Assembly (NCBI RefSeq): GCF_006345805.1
Contig: NW_021835942.1
Span: 1 to 37,999 of the forward strand
Source: Octopus sinensis
Lineage: Eukaryota
Direction: 5' to 3'
DNA: 37,999 nt
A model generated the notes under the pieces. It had not been told where the DNA came from. It saw only the letters and a program-made list of their open reading frames with translations, and did not search any database. Both the position numbers and the translations under genes were made by a program. The first letter of the stretch is position 1; every line of letters starts with the position of its first letter. Positions 22,185 through 34,216 of this stretch are shown one piece after another.

Positions 22185-23792
22185 TAAACGTTATATGTAA
22201 TTTTTGGCATTATATATATATGTGTGTATATTGATTAGATAGTTTCAAAATTTTAGTTTAAATGTGAGCAGACTTCGTAAATAGTCAATATTTTACAATA
22301 ACAAACTAAAGGAGCCGAGAAAAGTCGTGGGGAAAAAAATTCTGTTTGTCCCTTTAAAATATTTAGTTTTCATCTGTTCAACGTTAACAGTGTTCTCTCT
22401 CTCTCCCTGTCTCTATTTATCCGTTTATCTCTCTGTCTTTCCTTCTTCCAGTCGGTGGTACTATGTAAATTAAACGGAAATCTCTGATTTCATCGTTACC
22501 TGTTGCTTTATGATGCATAAAGTCTTCTGTTTTAAATTTGTAACAAATAGCGAAATTATTAAATTGGAGAAACACACATTTTAAGCAAATGATTCTATTA
22601 TTAATTATAATGAATTTCAAACATAACAGGATTCCGCTGTATTATTATTATTATTAGTTGTAATATAGCCAAAAATGAAATTCAGTATTAACCTTCCATT
22701 CCGCGCCTCTCTCCACTTGATATTATGAGGGATATACCTGGTATGCTCCTTGTCGATGAAGTTGGTATCAATAAAATTTGTAATAGATGAATAACTGTAT
22801 TGAGTTCTTTTAGTTATTATTTGTTTATATGTTGAGAAAACAAAAAAACACTCATTGTTTACACACACACACAAACGTATGTTGATTGCATTGTTTACAA
22901 ACAGCTGTATGCAGTTTAATGTTGTTGACATAAGAAAAAGAAAAGAAAGGAGGAGGAAGAAGAAAAAAGTGAAAGACAAACCTAACTTATTTACAGTACG
23001 TGTGTCTGTGTGTGCGACTGCGTCGGCAAACACACAGTAATGAAATCTCTCACAGAGTTGAAAATGTTATTCCAATCAGTCGGAGCTCCGCTAGTAACTG
23101 TCCAAAATGCAGTGAGTAACGCACAGAGAAATTAACTTTCCTTTCTTTTTCTCTTCTTTCTATCTTTTATTCATTTTATTTATTTAATCTTTTTTCTTAT
23201 TTTATCTGTCACTTAGTCTTCTTCGATCTCCTTCCATTATGTTTATCATATTTATTATATATGAGAAAGATTAATTTCCCAACGAACCATTATTTGATCA
23301 AACCACTTGAACACATCTTTAGAATGAGACAACCGTCTTCCAGTTGATTTTCATAATCAAATAGGAACTGGAGCCCTATTTATTCAATTTAAAATAATAT
23401 GACCCAATGAGGACGATTAGGATTTCAAGATGCAAATTCACCCCTTCAGTTCTGTGACCACTTTCAGAAACTGTCTCCGAAGAAATAAGAATTAAAAAGA
23501 AAAAAAAAAAGAGTGCGAGAAAAATATATGCCCTTTTGAGTTCGTGAACTCTTTTAGAAAAATTTCAAAGAATCTTCTAAAAGACACAGGATTTTAGAAA
23601 ATGGAAAAGTTTTTTATAATATATTCATTTTATTTGTAGTAAATTGTGGAGATGAACGAGCGGAGGATTAAAATGTATTGTTATGAATAATCAAGACTTT
23701 CTACGTTCAAATCCTACCAAAGGTAGCTACTCGTTTATACTTCAAGGGTAAATATTTAAAGACGGTGAAATTCCTGATGGATTAGAGCTTTG

Positions 23793-24193
23793 GGATCTTT
23801 TCGGTTTGAACGGCAGTTTTTTCTAGCGTTGTCATATGAAATTGTCACCCATAATTATGACCCTAGTATCCATCTATTGCATTTCAATCTGTTTTAGGGT
23901 TAGGGGTGGGGGTATCTTTTTTTCTTCCCAAATGTAAATAAACCCAATCTGTTTCTTAAACGAGGGACATATTCATACGGCACAGACTCTTTTTTACCTC
24001 AATAGACGTCAGTGATTGGTTGAAATTGCAGAAATTGAAGAAAAAAACAAATATCTTACAAACTATAGAATTTTCTCAATTAAGCTAAGAGAAAAAGATG
24101 TTTTATAAACACATTCTACCAGTATACCAAGTTTTAAATTTTTTAGCTAACTAGAAATTATGTTAAAAACTGCCGTTCAAACCGAAAAGATCC
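23793..24193 (+). mobile_element. GGATC-TIR MITE, copy 1
   Basis: 29-bp TIR GGATCTTTTCGGTTTGAACGGCAGTTTTT; internal TTAGGG-like tract. Confidence 0.9.
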
Positions 24194-24254
24194 AATACGT
24201 TCTACTATTTTTCTCCGAGATATTTTTATTTATAACTTTTCTGAAGTTGATAAA

Positions 24255-24410
24255 TTTGAGGGGTGGGGGTTAATTGATTACAACGACACCAATGCTCGAC
24301 TTGGACTTACTTTATCGACCTTGGCGGAATTTCAATTCATAATGTAAAACCGAAAAAATGCCGCTAAGCATTTTATCCGGCTTGCTAAAGATTTTGTCAT
24401 CTCGCCGATT
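24255..24410 (-). mobile_element. Old family-C SINE
   Basis: TTTATCGACCTTGGCGGAATTT..CCGCTAAGCATTTTATCCGG. Confidence 0.65.
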
Positions 24411-24476
24411 TTCTAGGGTAAATAAATATAACATCACTAGCAAAGCGGTAGACTGGATGAAGGTAATGAGTTAGCA

Positions 24477-24807
24477 CAGGGGTTTTCAACTTCAGTCCGT
24501 ATGGCCCCTGAGGGTCTATATAAATTTTTTTGGGATCCACGTAAGGAGAATAGTAAATTGGGGATGCACAGCAGTACATTAAGGGTTCATGAAAAAAGAA
24601 AACGTTCCTTTAGATGTATTTATTGCAAGAGACAGCTAGGTTTCTTTCTTTAACATTTTACATAGTTCACTGTGTGAAAAACGAAATAAGAATTTTGTAA
24701 GTAGTATTTGTAAAACTAATTTTTAAACATCGAGTGGCTATGGGGATCCACCAGAGTAAAATAGTAATGAAAGGGATCCACAAGTAAAAAAAAATTGAGA
24801 ACCACTG
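24477..24807. mobile_element. hAT (Charlie-like) MITE inserted in a family-C SINE head
   Basis: TIRs CAGGGGTTTTCAA / TTGAGAACCACTG; perfect 8-bp TSD AGTTAGCA at 24469-24476 and 24808-24815. Confidence 0.9.
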
Positions 24808-25205
24808 AGTTAGCAGAACTATTAGGGCGTCGGAAAATGCGTTGCGGTGTTTATTCAGATTCTTTTACATTCTCAGTTCATCGAGATATAATTTGCCTTT
24901 TATCCATCCCAGATCGATAAAATGACGTAACAGTCAAAGTACTCAGGTCAATGTTATCGACTCATCACTCACCTAAAAATTCTCGGCCTTGTTCCTATAG
25001 AAGAAGCAATTACTAAGGTGGTGAGCTGACCGAATCGTTACCGCACTTCTTCCGGCTCTTTATGTTCTAAGTTCAAATTCCGCGAGTCGACGTTGCCTTT
25101 CATTCTTTCGGAATCGATGAAATAAGGCACCAGTCAAGTAATGGGGTTGATGTAATCTATTATCCCTCCCCCAAGTTTCAGGCCTCTTGCCTATAACAGA
25201 GAGAA
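24808..25205 (+). mobile_element. Two tandem old family-C SINEs
   Basis: Two successive TTGCCTTT(T/C)AT..GATAAAAT/GATGAAAT..CAGTCAA domains, each with the old-C tail. Confidence 0.7.
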
Positions 25206-25249
25206 TTATTATTAATGTTGAATGGAATAATGATGGGCAATTCTTTATC

Positions 25250-26612
25250 TGTATTTGGAATAAGACGAACGACAAAGTTGACGCTGGGGAATTTCGATTC
25301 GGATATTTATTAAGAAGTGGTATAACCGATGGAGTAGATTCCAAGTATATTACTAGTACTTCTTTAAACGAATTAAAAAGTGGTATTTGTTCTGATTTTC
25401 TGTATTCTAAGTTCAAATTCCGGCGAAGCTTACTTAACTGACAAATTTAAACTGTCAATCAGTTTACAAATACTGTCAAGCCCTTGGTTGCATATTAGTG
25501 GTCTCGCCTTTGTTGCAAATATTTCATCCAGGTCTTATAGTTTAAAGATTCCTTTTTCTATCACCCCACTACTATTCTTTAGGAGGCGCAATGGCCCAGT
25601 GGTTAGGGCAGCGGACTCACGGTCATAGGATCGAGGTTTCGATTCCCAGACCAGGCGTTGTGAGTGTTTATTGAGCGAAAACACCTAAAGCTCCACGAGG
25701 CTCGGCAGGGGATGGTGGTGATCCCTGCTGTACTTTTTCACCACAACTTTCTCTCACTCTTACTTCCTGTTTCTGTTGTACCTGTATTTCAAAGGGCCGG
25801 CCTTGTCACTCTGAATGTCCCCGAGAACTACGTTAAGGGTGCACGTGTCTGTGGAGTGTTCAGCCACTTACACGTTAATTTCACGAGCAGGCTGTTCCGT
25901 TGATTCGGATCAACCGGAACCCTCATCGTCGTAACCGACGGAGTGCTTCCCCCCCCTACTATTCTTTAGACGTCATGAAAAGTAATGGGAGTGCCCAGAA
26001 TTTCGAAAACATGGTTGCTTAGACCACTCCCATCCAGTAAAGACTCGGTGCCCCTACTCACCATTATAAATTCACAGGGCTCCTAGTCGGATCTCCAGTT
26101 GCCCCGGACTGTTGTTCCATTTGAACCTCTCCCTCCCATGGGGGTCTTGTACCTGCATCTTTGACTAAGCTATTAAAAAAATTATTGGAGTTTATCAAAT
26201 GGCCTTTGTCCCACCTCTCTCTCTCTCTACCTTGTCTCTATGTTAATAACAGATAGTCTTATTGAAAGGGAAATTAAAGCTTTAATTTGTAGAATCTATA
26301 ACGTGCTGGAAAAATGTTTTTTAGTCGATGGGGGTTAAATTCGATTCCTAAATCGTTCAAATAAATTCCATCGATTGTACCACTTCTAATATTTGTAAAC
26401 TGATCGACAGTTTAAATTTGTCAGTTAAGTAAGCTTCGCCGGAATTTGAACTTAGAATACAGAAAATCAGAACAAATACCACTTTTTAATTCGTTTAAAG
26501 AAGTACTAGTAATATACTTGGAATCTACTCCATCGGTTATATCACTTCTTAATAAATATCCGAATCGAAATTCCACAGCGTCAATTTTGTCGTTCGTCTT
26601 ATTCCAAGTACA
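25250..26612. repeat. ~222-bp inverted duplication (25250-25472 versus 26390-26612)
   Basis: About 5 mismatches by eye; right copy flanked by direct repeat CACTTCTAATA at 26381-26391 and 26611-26621. Confidence 0.92.
25582..25955 (+). mobile_element. Family-B SINE
   Basis: TSD CTACTATTCTTTA(G) starting at 25569 and 25956. Confidence 0.92.
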
Positions 26613-26744
26613 CTTCTAATAAATGGAAATGAATCCTAGTTAAAATCCCATCTACAGATATTTTGCTGTTCATTGTGTACTGAAGAGAGAGAGAGAGAGA
26701 GAAAGAGAGAGACTCAGTCCTTTATTATTCAATTGTAACAATCC

Positions 26745-26934
26745 TTTGTACTATAGGCACAATGCCTTAAAAAATTTGGTGGGGGTGGGGGGCTAGTGGA
26801 TTCCATCGACAACAGTACTCAACTGATATTTTCTTATCGACCCTGAAAGGATGAAAGGCATAGTTAACCTCACGGAATTTGAACTCTGAATGTAAACAGC
26901 CACCAAGCATTTTGTCCGGTGTGCTAACGGTTCT
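26745..26934 (-). mobile_element. Old family-C SINE
   Basis: TATCGACCCTGAAAGGATGAAAGGC..GGAATTTGAACTC plus the old-C tail. Confidence 0.75.
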
Positions 26935-26951
26935 TACGTTATAGGAATACC

Positions 26952-27186
26952 TATTTCTTTACTACCCACAGGGGGCTAAACATAGAGTGGACAAACAAGG
27001 ACAGACAAAGGGATTAAGTCGATTACACCAACCCTAGTGCGCAACTGGTACTTAATTTATCGACCCCGAAAGGATGAAAAGCAAAGTCGACCTCGGCGGA
27101 ATTTGAACTCACAACGTAACGGCAGGCGAAATACCGCTAAGCATTTCGCCCAGCGTGCTAACGGTTCTGCCAGCTCGTTGCCTTCA
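26952..27186 (-). mobile_element. Young family-C SINE, full length, with Tx1-like tail
   Basis: 17-bp direct repeat TACGTTATAGGAATACC at 26935-26951 and 27187-27203. Confidence 0.9.
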
Positions 27187-27403
27187 TACGTTATAGGAAT
27201 ACCGTCTCCTGAGTAAGGGCATAAAATCTTTTTCAGATACATTTCAGCCCCTGACCCACAAGCATGCTGCCCCTAGTTCTCACATTTTTACCGCTGCTGT
27301 TATGGTCTCTGCCTCTCAGTGTCATCTCCTTTTTGGCACACTTGTCTCACTTATCTCTCCTATTCACACTTCTCATGTTGAGTTTAGCACTTTCAAAACC
27401 TGG

Positions 27404-27788
27404 GGGAAGCACTCCGTCGGTTACGACGACGAGCGTTCCGGTTGATCCGAATCAACGGAACAGCCTGCTCGTGAAATTAACGTGTAAGTGGCTGAGCACT
27501 CCACAGACACGTGTACCCTTAACGTAGTTCTCGGGGATATTCAGCGTGACACAGAGAGTGACAAGGCCGGCCCCTTGAAATACAGGTACAACAGAAACAG
27601 GAAGTAAGAGTGAGAGAAAGTTGTGGTGAAAGAGTACAGCAAGGATCACCACCATCCCCTGCCGGAGCCTCGTGGAGCTTTAGGTGTTTTCGCTCAATAA
27701 ACACTCACAACGCCCGGTCTGGGAATCGAAACCGCGATCCTATGACCGCGAGTCCGCTGCCCTAACCACTGGGCCATTGCGCCTCCAC
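27404..27788 (-). mobile_element. Family-B SINE
   Basis: TSD TTCAAAACCTGG at 27392-27403 and 27789-27800. Confidence 0.92.
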
Positions 27789-27990
27789 TTCAAAACCTGG
27801 ATTAATCACTACACCTAGTTCTTCCTCTCGGTTTTCTGGAAACCTAGCCTTACTTCAAGTAGCAACTTGTGACCGTTTCAGCTGAACGTTAACGGTTCCC
27901 GCACAACGATCACAGGTGGGGAGAGTGCGAAAGCTATGGGTTCTTCCCCTTCATCCTGTTCTAGCAATTATACAATAAATAAATAAAATA

Positions 27991-28405
27991 GGCGCAGGAG
28001 TGGCTGTGTGGTAAGTAGCTTGCTAACCAACCACATGGTTCCGGGTTCAGTCCCACTGCGTGGCATCTTGGGCAAGTGTCTTCTGCTATAGCCCTGGGCC
28101 AACCAATGCCTTGTGAGTGGATTTGGTAGACGGAAACTGAAAGAAGCCTGTCGTATATATGTATATATATATATATGTGTGTGTGTGTTTGTGTGTTTGT
28201 GTTTATCCCCCTAGCATTGCTTGACAACCGATGCTGGTGTGTTTACGTCCCCGTCACTTAGCGGTTCGGCAAAAGAGCCGATAGAATAAGTACTGGGCTT
28301 ACAAAGAATAAGCCCTGGGGTCGATTTGGCCGACTAAAGGCGGTGCTCCAGCATGGCCGCAGTCAAATGACTGAAACAAGTAAAAGAGTAAAGAGTAAAA
28401 GAGTA
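27991..28405 (+). mobile_element. Family-A SINE
   Basis: Full-length match with (GTAAAAGA)n tail. Confidence 0.92.
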
Positions 28406-28440
28406 ACAATGAGTTACTGAAAACGCAATTATATATATAT

Positions 28441-28670
28441 GTTTCTTTATTACCCACAAGGGGCTAAACCCAGAAGGGACAAACAAGGACAGACAAACGG
28501 ATTAAGTCGATTACATCGACACCAGTGCGTAACTGGTACTTAATTTATCGGCCCCGAAAGGAAGAAAGGCGTAATCGACCTCGACGGAATTTGAACTCAG
28601 AACGTAGCGACGGGTGAAATGCCGCGAAGCACTTCGTCCGGCGTGCTAACGTCTCTGCTAGCTCGCCGCT
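28441..28670 (-). mobile_element. Young family-C SINE with Tx1-like tail
   Basis: Matches 26952-27186; 3' end lies in (TA)n. Confidence 0.88.
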
Positions 28671-28984
28671 TTAAATATAAGTGACAGATATAGTTGTATG
28701 TATGTGGGCGCTCGCGCGTATAACACCGATGTTCTGTTATCCAAATATTCATGAAAATAGCCTTCCACATTCAGTGAGTTATGTTCTACTTCATGATCCT
28801 GAAATATCTTTTTAATATAAAACACTAAGGGATCCAATTAGGTTATCCTCGTTAGGACGTTTAACCTCTTATAAAATATGGTTAGATATGTAATCGGTTA
28901 TATACTTCGTTATAGTCGAAGGTAATGTGGTAATGCTAAGAATCATTAGGACCTCCAGAGTTACTCAAGTACTTAATTTATCGA

Positions 28985-29830
28985 CGAAATGCGTAGCGGT
29001 ATTTCGTCTGCCGTTACGTTCTGAGTTCAAATTACGCCGAGGTCGACTTTTCCTTTCATCCTTTCGGGGTCGATTAAATAAGTACCAGTTATGCACTGGG
29101 GTCGATATAATCGACTTGATCCGTTTGTCTGTCCTTGTTTGTCCTCTCTGTGCTTAGCATCTTATTCGTAGTAAAGAAATAGGTATTTCGTCCGTCTTTA
29201 CGTTCAGAGTTAAAATTTCACCGAGCTTGACCTTGCCTTTCATCCTTTTGAGGTGGATAAAATAAGTACCAGTAAGTTCGATACAATCGACTTACCTCTT
29301 CCCCCGAAATTGCTGGCTTAGTGCCAAAATTTTAAAACAATATTGGTCAGCGGCACTTCCTAACATCTCCCCCTCAAAATTACTGACCATGTGCTTAAAT
29401 TCAAAACAATAATTTAGAACAGTGATTTGGTAGAATCTATAGAGCGTCGTATAAAATACTTTGCAGTATTTCTTTCCTCTGTTTGCGTTTTGGGTTCGAA
29501 CCCCGCCGAGGTTAGGTTTACGTTTCATCCTTTCATGATATATAATAAAGTACCACTCATATTATGCGATCGATAAGTATCCCAACAAAATTAATTACCA
29601 ATCTAAATCAGAAATAAAATTCAGAGGCTACAGACTCGCGGAATAGTTTGACGTCCGACAAAAGTTCTTTGTAATTTCGGCACTTTACGTTCTGCGTTCA
29701 AATTTCACCGGAGACAAATTTTATTGTTTATCGCTCGGTTGCCGATAGAATAATCAAGTGTCATTCAAGTACTAAAATCAGTGTCATCAGCCCCGCTCTC
29801 CTTCCTTTGCCTCAAATTTCCCGGTCGTGA
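28985..29830 (+). mobile_element. Cluster of four co-oriented family-C SINEs (one young copy ending at 29181, three old)
   Basis: Box B plus central domain repeated at ~29020, 29205, 29490 and 29690. Confidence 0.75.
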
Positions 29831-30497
29831 TCCTCCATTAAAAGCAGTTTTTAGAACGAATGCTGAAGTGATATGAGTCAGACTAAAATATGAATATAAA
29901 CACATAATGGTTTGTGGATATTGTGAAATTATTAAATATTCAGAAATATTATGTGAAGTGGTCGAAGATAAACGATAGAATTTCAAAGACAAAAATGTGA
30001 AAAACGAAATAAATAAGAATGTATACAAAAATATGATATGAAAATAAAAATATAATCGAAAGAAACTAACGATAAAATATTAATTCATTTAATAATAAAA
30101 AAATACATAAAAAATAACATATAATAGCATTAATTAATCACAAGTATTAGTATTAGTTTTATTCATCTATCTTTTATTTATTAAGTTTTTGATTTAAAAT
30201 TTCAGTGAGAAGTGGGGTAGGATATGTGAGAAGGAAATTTAGTGGAAAATTTAATGGTTCAATTAATGCAATTACAAGAATAATCAAGTAAAATAAAGAC
30301 GTTTTGTGACTGCAAAACGGAAATGAAGACGTCGTCGTCATCGCTGTTACGTTTTGTGGCTGTCGTTGTGTTAAAGTTATCGCTCTTTTTCAATATTCTT
30401 ATTATTATTGAGAGTTATTGTAGCTAGTCTATACGTTTCTTTTGTTGTTATTATTAAATGTTATTGCGATTTTTGTTCTTTTTCAGTTTACCCAGCT

Positions 30498-30710
30498 TTA
30501 CTCTTTTACTCTTTTACTTGTTTCAGTCATTTGACTGCGGTCATGCTGGAGCACCGCCTTTAGTCGAGTAAATCGACCCCGGGACTTATTTTTTTGTAAG
30601 TCCAGTACTTATTCTATCGATCTCTTTTGTCGAACCGCTAAGTGACGGGGACGTAAACACACCAGCATCGGTTGTCAAGCAATGCTAGGGGGACAAACAC
30701 AGGCACACAA

Positions 30711-30762
<52 letters not shown>

Positions 30763-30920
30763 CGACAGGCTTCTTTCAGTTTCCGTCTACCAAATCCACT
30801 CACAAGGCATTGGTCGACCCGGGGCTATAGCAGAAGACACTTGCCCAAGATGCCACGCAGTGGGACTGAACCCGGAACCATGTGGTTGGTTAACAAGCTA
30901 CTTACCACACAGCCACTCCT
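30498..30920 (-). mobile_element. Family-A SINE
   Basis: Reverse-complement near-full match. Confidence 0.92.
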
Positions 30921-31251
30921 TTTATTTTTTTTTGTTGTCCATAGCGGTTTTTCGATCTCTATAGCTGTTTGTTATTGTTTTTGTTACAGCTGTTTTTGTT
31001 GTTGTTGTTGTTTTTATTACTGCTGTTCTTGTTCCGATTCTTTAATCCTCGGTCAGTCCTGATCAAAAAGATCTAAATATGATCAAAGGTACTCTAGCCG
31101 TGGCAATCCGATATTTTCAGATGTATCTAGAACCACGTTATCTAAGGCGTGCCATTCCTCTTTTTCTTTAAAGTGTATAATGCACGTTAAAGGAAATTAG
31201 TTTACCATTTCTAGCACATTTATCATTCGCGTAGTTGTTTATTCATTGAGT

Positions 31252-31639
31252 GTGGAGGCGCAATGGCCCAGTGGTTAGGGCAGCGGACTCGCGGTCGTAG
31301 GATCGCAGTTTCGATTCCCAGACCGGGCGTTGTGAGTGTTTATTGAGCGAAAACACCTAAAGCTCCACGAGGCTCCGGTAGGCGATGGTGGTGATCCCTG
31401 CTGTACTCTTTCACCACAACTTTCTCTCACTCTTACTTCCTGTTTCTGTTGTACCTGTATTTCAAAGGGCCGGCCTTGTCACTCTCTGTGTCACGCTGAA
31501 TATCCCCGAGAACTGCGTTAAGGGTACACGTGTCTGTGGAGTGCTCAGCCACTTACACGTTAATTTCACGAGCAGGCTGTTCCGTTGATCGGATCAACCG
31601 GAACCCTCGACGTCGTAACTGACGGAGTGCTTCCATCCA
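31252..31639 (+). mobile_element. Family-B SINE
   Basis: TSD TATTCATTGAGT at 31240-31251 and 31640-31651. Confidence 0.92.
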
Positions 31640-31749
31640 TATTCATTGAGTTGTAATTTAGCCCCAAGTTAGCTCCGAATCGAATTAACCAATGACCAAA
31701 GACATTTCAACCGTGATCCCATAGATCAGTGAATTATAGGAAATAATAG

Positions 31750-32195
31750 TGATCTTTTCGGCAGTTTTTAACATAATTTCTAGGTAACTAAAAAAATTTT
31801 TAACTTCGTATAACTGGTAGAATGTGTTTATAAAACATCTTTTTCTCTTGGCTTTATTGAGAAAATTCTATAGTTTGTAAGATATTTGTTGCTTTTTTTC
31901 TTCAATTTCTGCAATTTCAACAAATCACTGACATGTATTGCGGTAAAAAGCATTCTGTGCCGTATGAATATGACCCTCGTTTAAGAAGCAGATTGGGTTT
32001 ACTTACATTTGTGAAGAAAAAAAATACACTTCCTCCCACCTCTAACCCTAACCCTAACTAACTCTAACTAAACCTAACTAACCCTAACCCTAAAAAAGAT
32101 TGAAATGCAATAGATCAATACTAGGGTCATAATTATGGGTGACAATTTCATATGACACCGCTAGAAAAAAACTGCCGTTCAAACCGAAAAGATCC
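31750..32195 (-). mobile_element. GGATC-TIR MITE, copy 2
   Basis: Reverse complement of copy 1; left TIR partly deleted; possible TSD AATAATAG/GATAATAG; (CCCTAA)-like tract at 32040-32092. Confidence 0.88.
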
Positions 32196-32434
32196 GATAA
32201 TAGTTACATTAAATGATGTCTCCTTCCTTCTTTTGTGGAAATAGCAGCCAAATCTTTAAGTTTGGCTGCTATTTCTAGCAGGCTGAGTGGTTACATGTAA
32301 TCACCACTTTTGGTTCGATAGTTGTAATTTTAGTCTGAAGTAAACCCTGATTGAATGCATCTTTAATTAAACGTCATTCCAACCCTGACCATCTTGTCTA
32401 GCAAGAACTACATTATTCAAAGCATCATGGCTGC

Positions 32435-32637
32435 GAGCTAACAGAATCGATATCGCACCGGACAAAATACTTAGCGGATTTTCCCCGGCTTTACGTTCCG
32501 AGTTCAGACGTTGCCGAGGTCGATTTTGCCGGTCATCCTTTCGGGGTCGATAAAATAAATATAAGTTAAACACTGAAATCGATGTAATCAACTAGTTCTT
32601 CCCCGCAAAATTTCAGGCCTTGTGCCTATAGTAGAAA
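32435..32637 (+). mobile_element. Old family-C SINE
   Basis: Head, TCATCCTTTCGGGGTCGATAAAATAA and tail AAAATTTCAGGCCTTGTGCCTATAGTAGAA. Confidence 0.8.
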
Positions 32638-32641
32638 ATTA

Positions 32642-33284
32642 GGATCTTTTCGGTTTGAACGGTAGTTTTTTCTAGCGGTGTCATATGAAATTGTCACCCT
32701 AGAATCGATCTATTGCATTTCAATCTCTTTTAGGATTAGGGTTGGGGTTAGGGGTGGGGGGAGGGTATCTTTTTTTCTTCCTAAATGTAAATAAACCCAA
32801 TCTGTTTCTTAAACGAAGGACATATTCATACGGCACAGAATGCCTTTTAACTCAATAGACGTCACTGATTGGTTGACGTCTAACTAAAAAATTTAAAACT
32901 TCGTTTAACTGGTAGATTGTGTTTATAAAACATCTTTTCTCTTGACTTTATTGAGAAAATTCTATAGTTTGTAAGATATTTGTTGTTTTTTTCTTCAATT
33001 TCTGCAATTTCAACCAATCACTGACGTCTATTGAGGTAAAAAAGATTCTGTGCCGTATGAATATGTCCCTCGTTTAAGATACAGATTGGGTTTATTTACA
33101 TTTGTGAAGAAAAAAAGATACACTTCCCCCCACCCCTAACCCTAACCAACTCTAACTAAACCTAACTAACCCTAACCCTAAAACAGGTTGAAATGCAATA
33201 GATCGATACTAGGGTCATAATTATGGGCGACAATTTCATATGACACCGCTAGAAAAAAAACTGCCGTTCAAACCGAAAAGATCT
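32642..33284. mobile_element. Composite GGATC-TIR MITE with ~235-bp inverted arms
   Basis: Plus-oriented half (32642-32876) joined to a nearly complete minus-oriented copy (32881-33284). Confidence 0.88.
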
Positions 33285-33369
33285 GAGTTTCCTTTAAACA
33301 TTATAATAGTATTTAACATAATCAAAAATTTCCCCATTCGACGATATACGTGTCCGAGTAATACGCTTA

Positions 33370-33836
<467 letters not shown>

Positions 33837-34216
33837 TATTATATCTAATACACTTTAAATTCTTTTTATATCTAATACCCTGAATGGAGTACTGATTCGA
33901 ACTGAGAGACAGTGCATCTGCTTCACTCAAAGGTATCCTAAACCGCTTCCATAAGAAAAAAAAGAAGCCCCCAACATAAAAAAAGAAGCCAAAACAACTA
34001 TCTGACACTTAGTAGGCTCAGTAACACAACTTATCCAGAATCTTTTGTTTCCTGAGCTCTGACTTTTCTTCCCTTAATACAATAGTATTACTTCTTCTGA
34101 GTTGGTTGACTTTTTGCCGACTCTGTTCAGGGCCATTCAACGTATTCATCTCTTTTCTCATCATACATATGTACGCTCTCAATGCACTGCACAAACCACT
34201 TTGCCCAGTCACTGAT

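Noticed and set aside
22617-23033. 138-aa minus-strand ORF in the repeat-poor island
   Set aside because: Low-complexity F/L/N composition, non-ATG start and no recognisable domain.
25250-26612. 1.36-kb DNA transposon with 222-bp TIRs
   Set aside because: There is no TSD at the outer ends; the direct repeat flanks only the right copy.
28963-28985. Twin-priming 5' inversion on the young SINE
   Set aside because: The inverted piece comes from the central domain that is also present downstream, so it fits a remnant of a separate minus-strand copy better.
32040-32092. True telomere or chromosome-fusion scar
   Set aside because: The tract is short, degenerate and internal to a MITE present in several copies.
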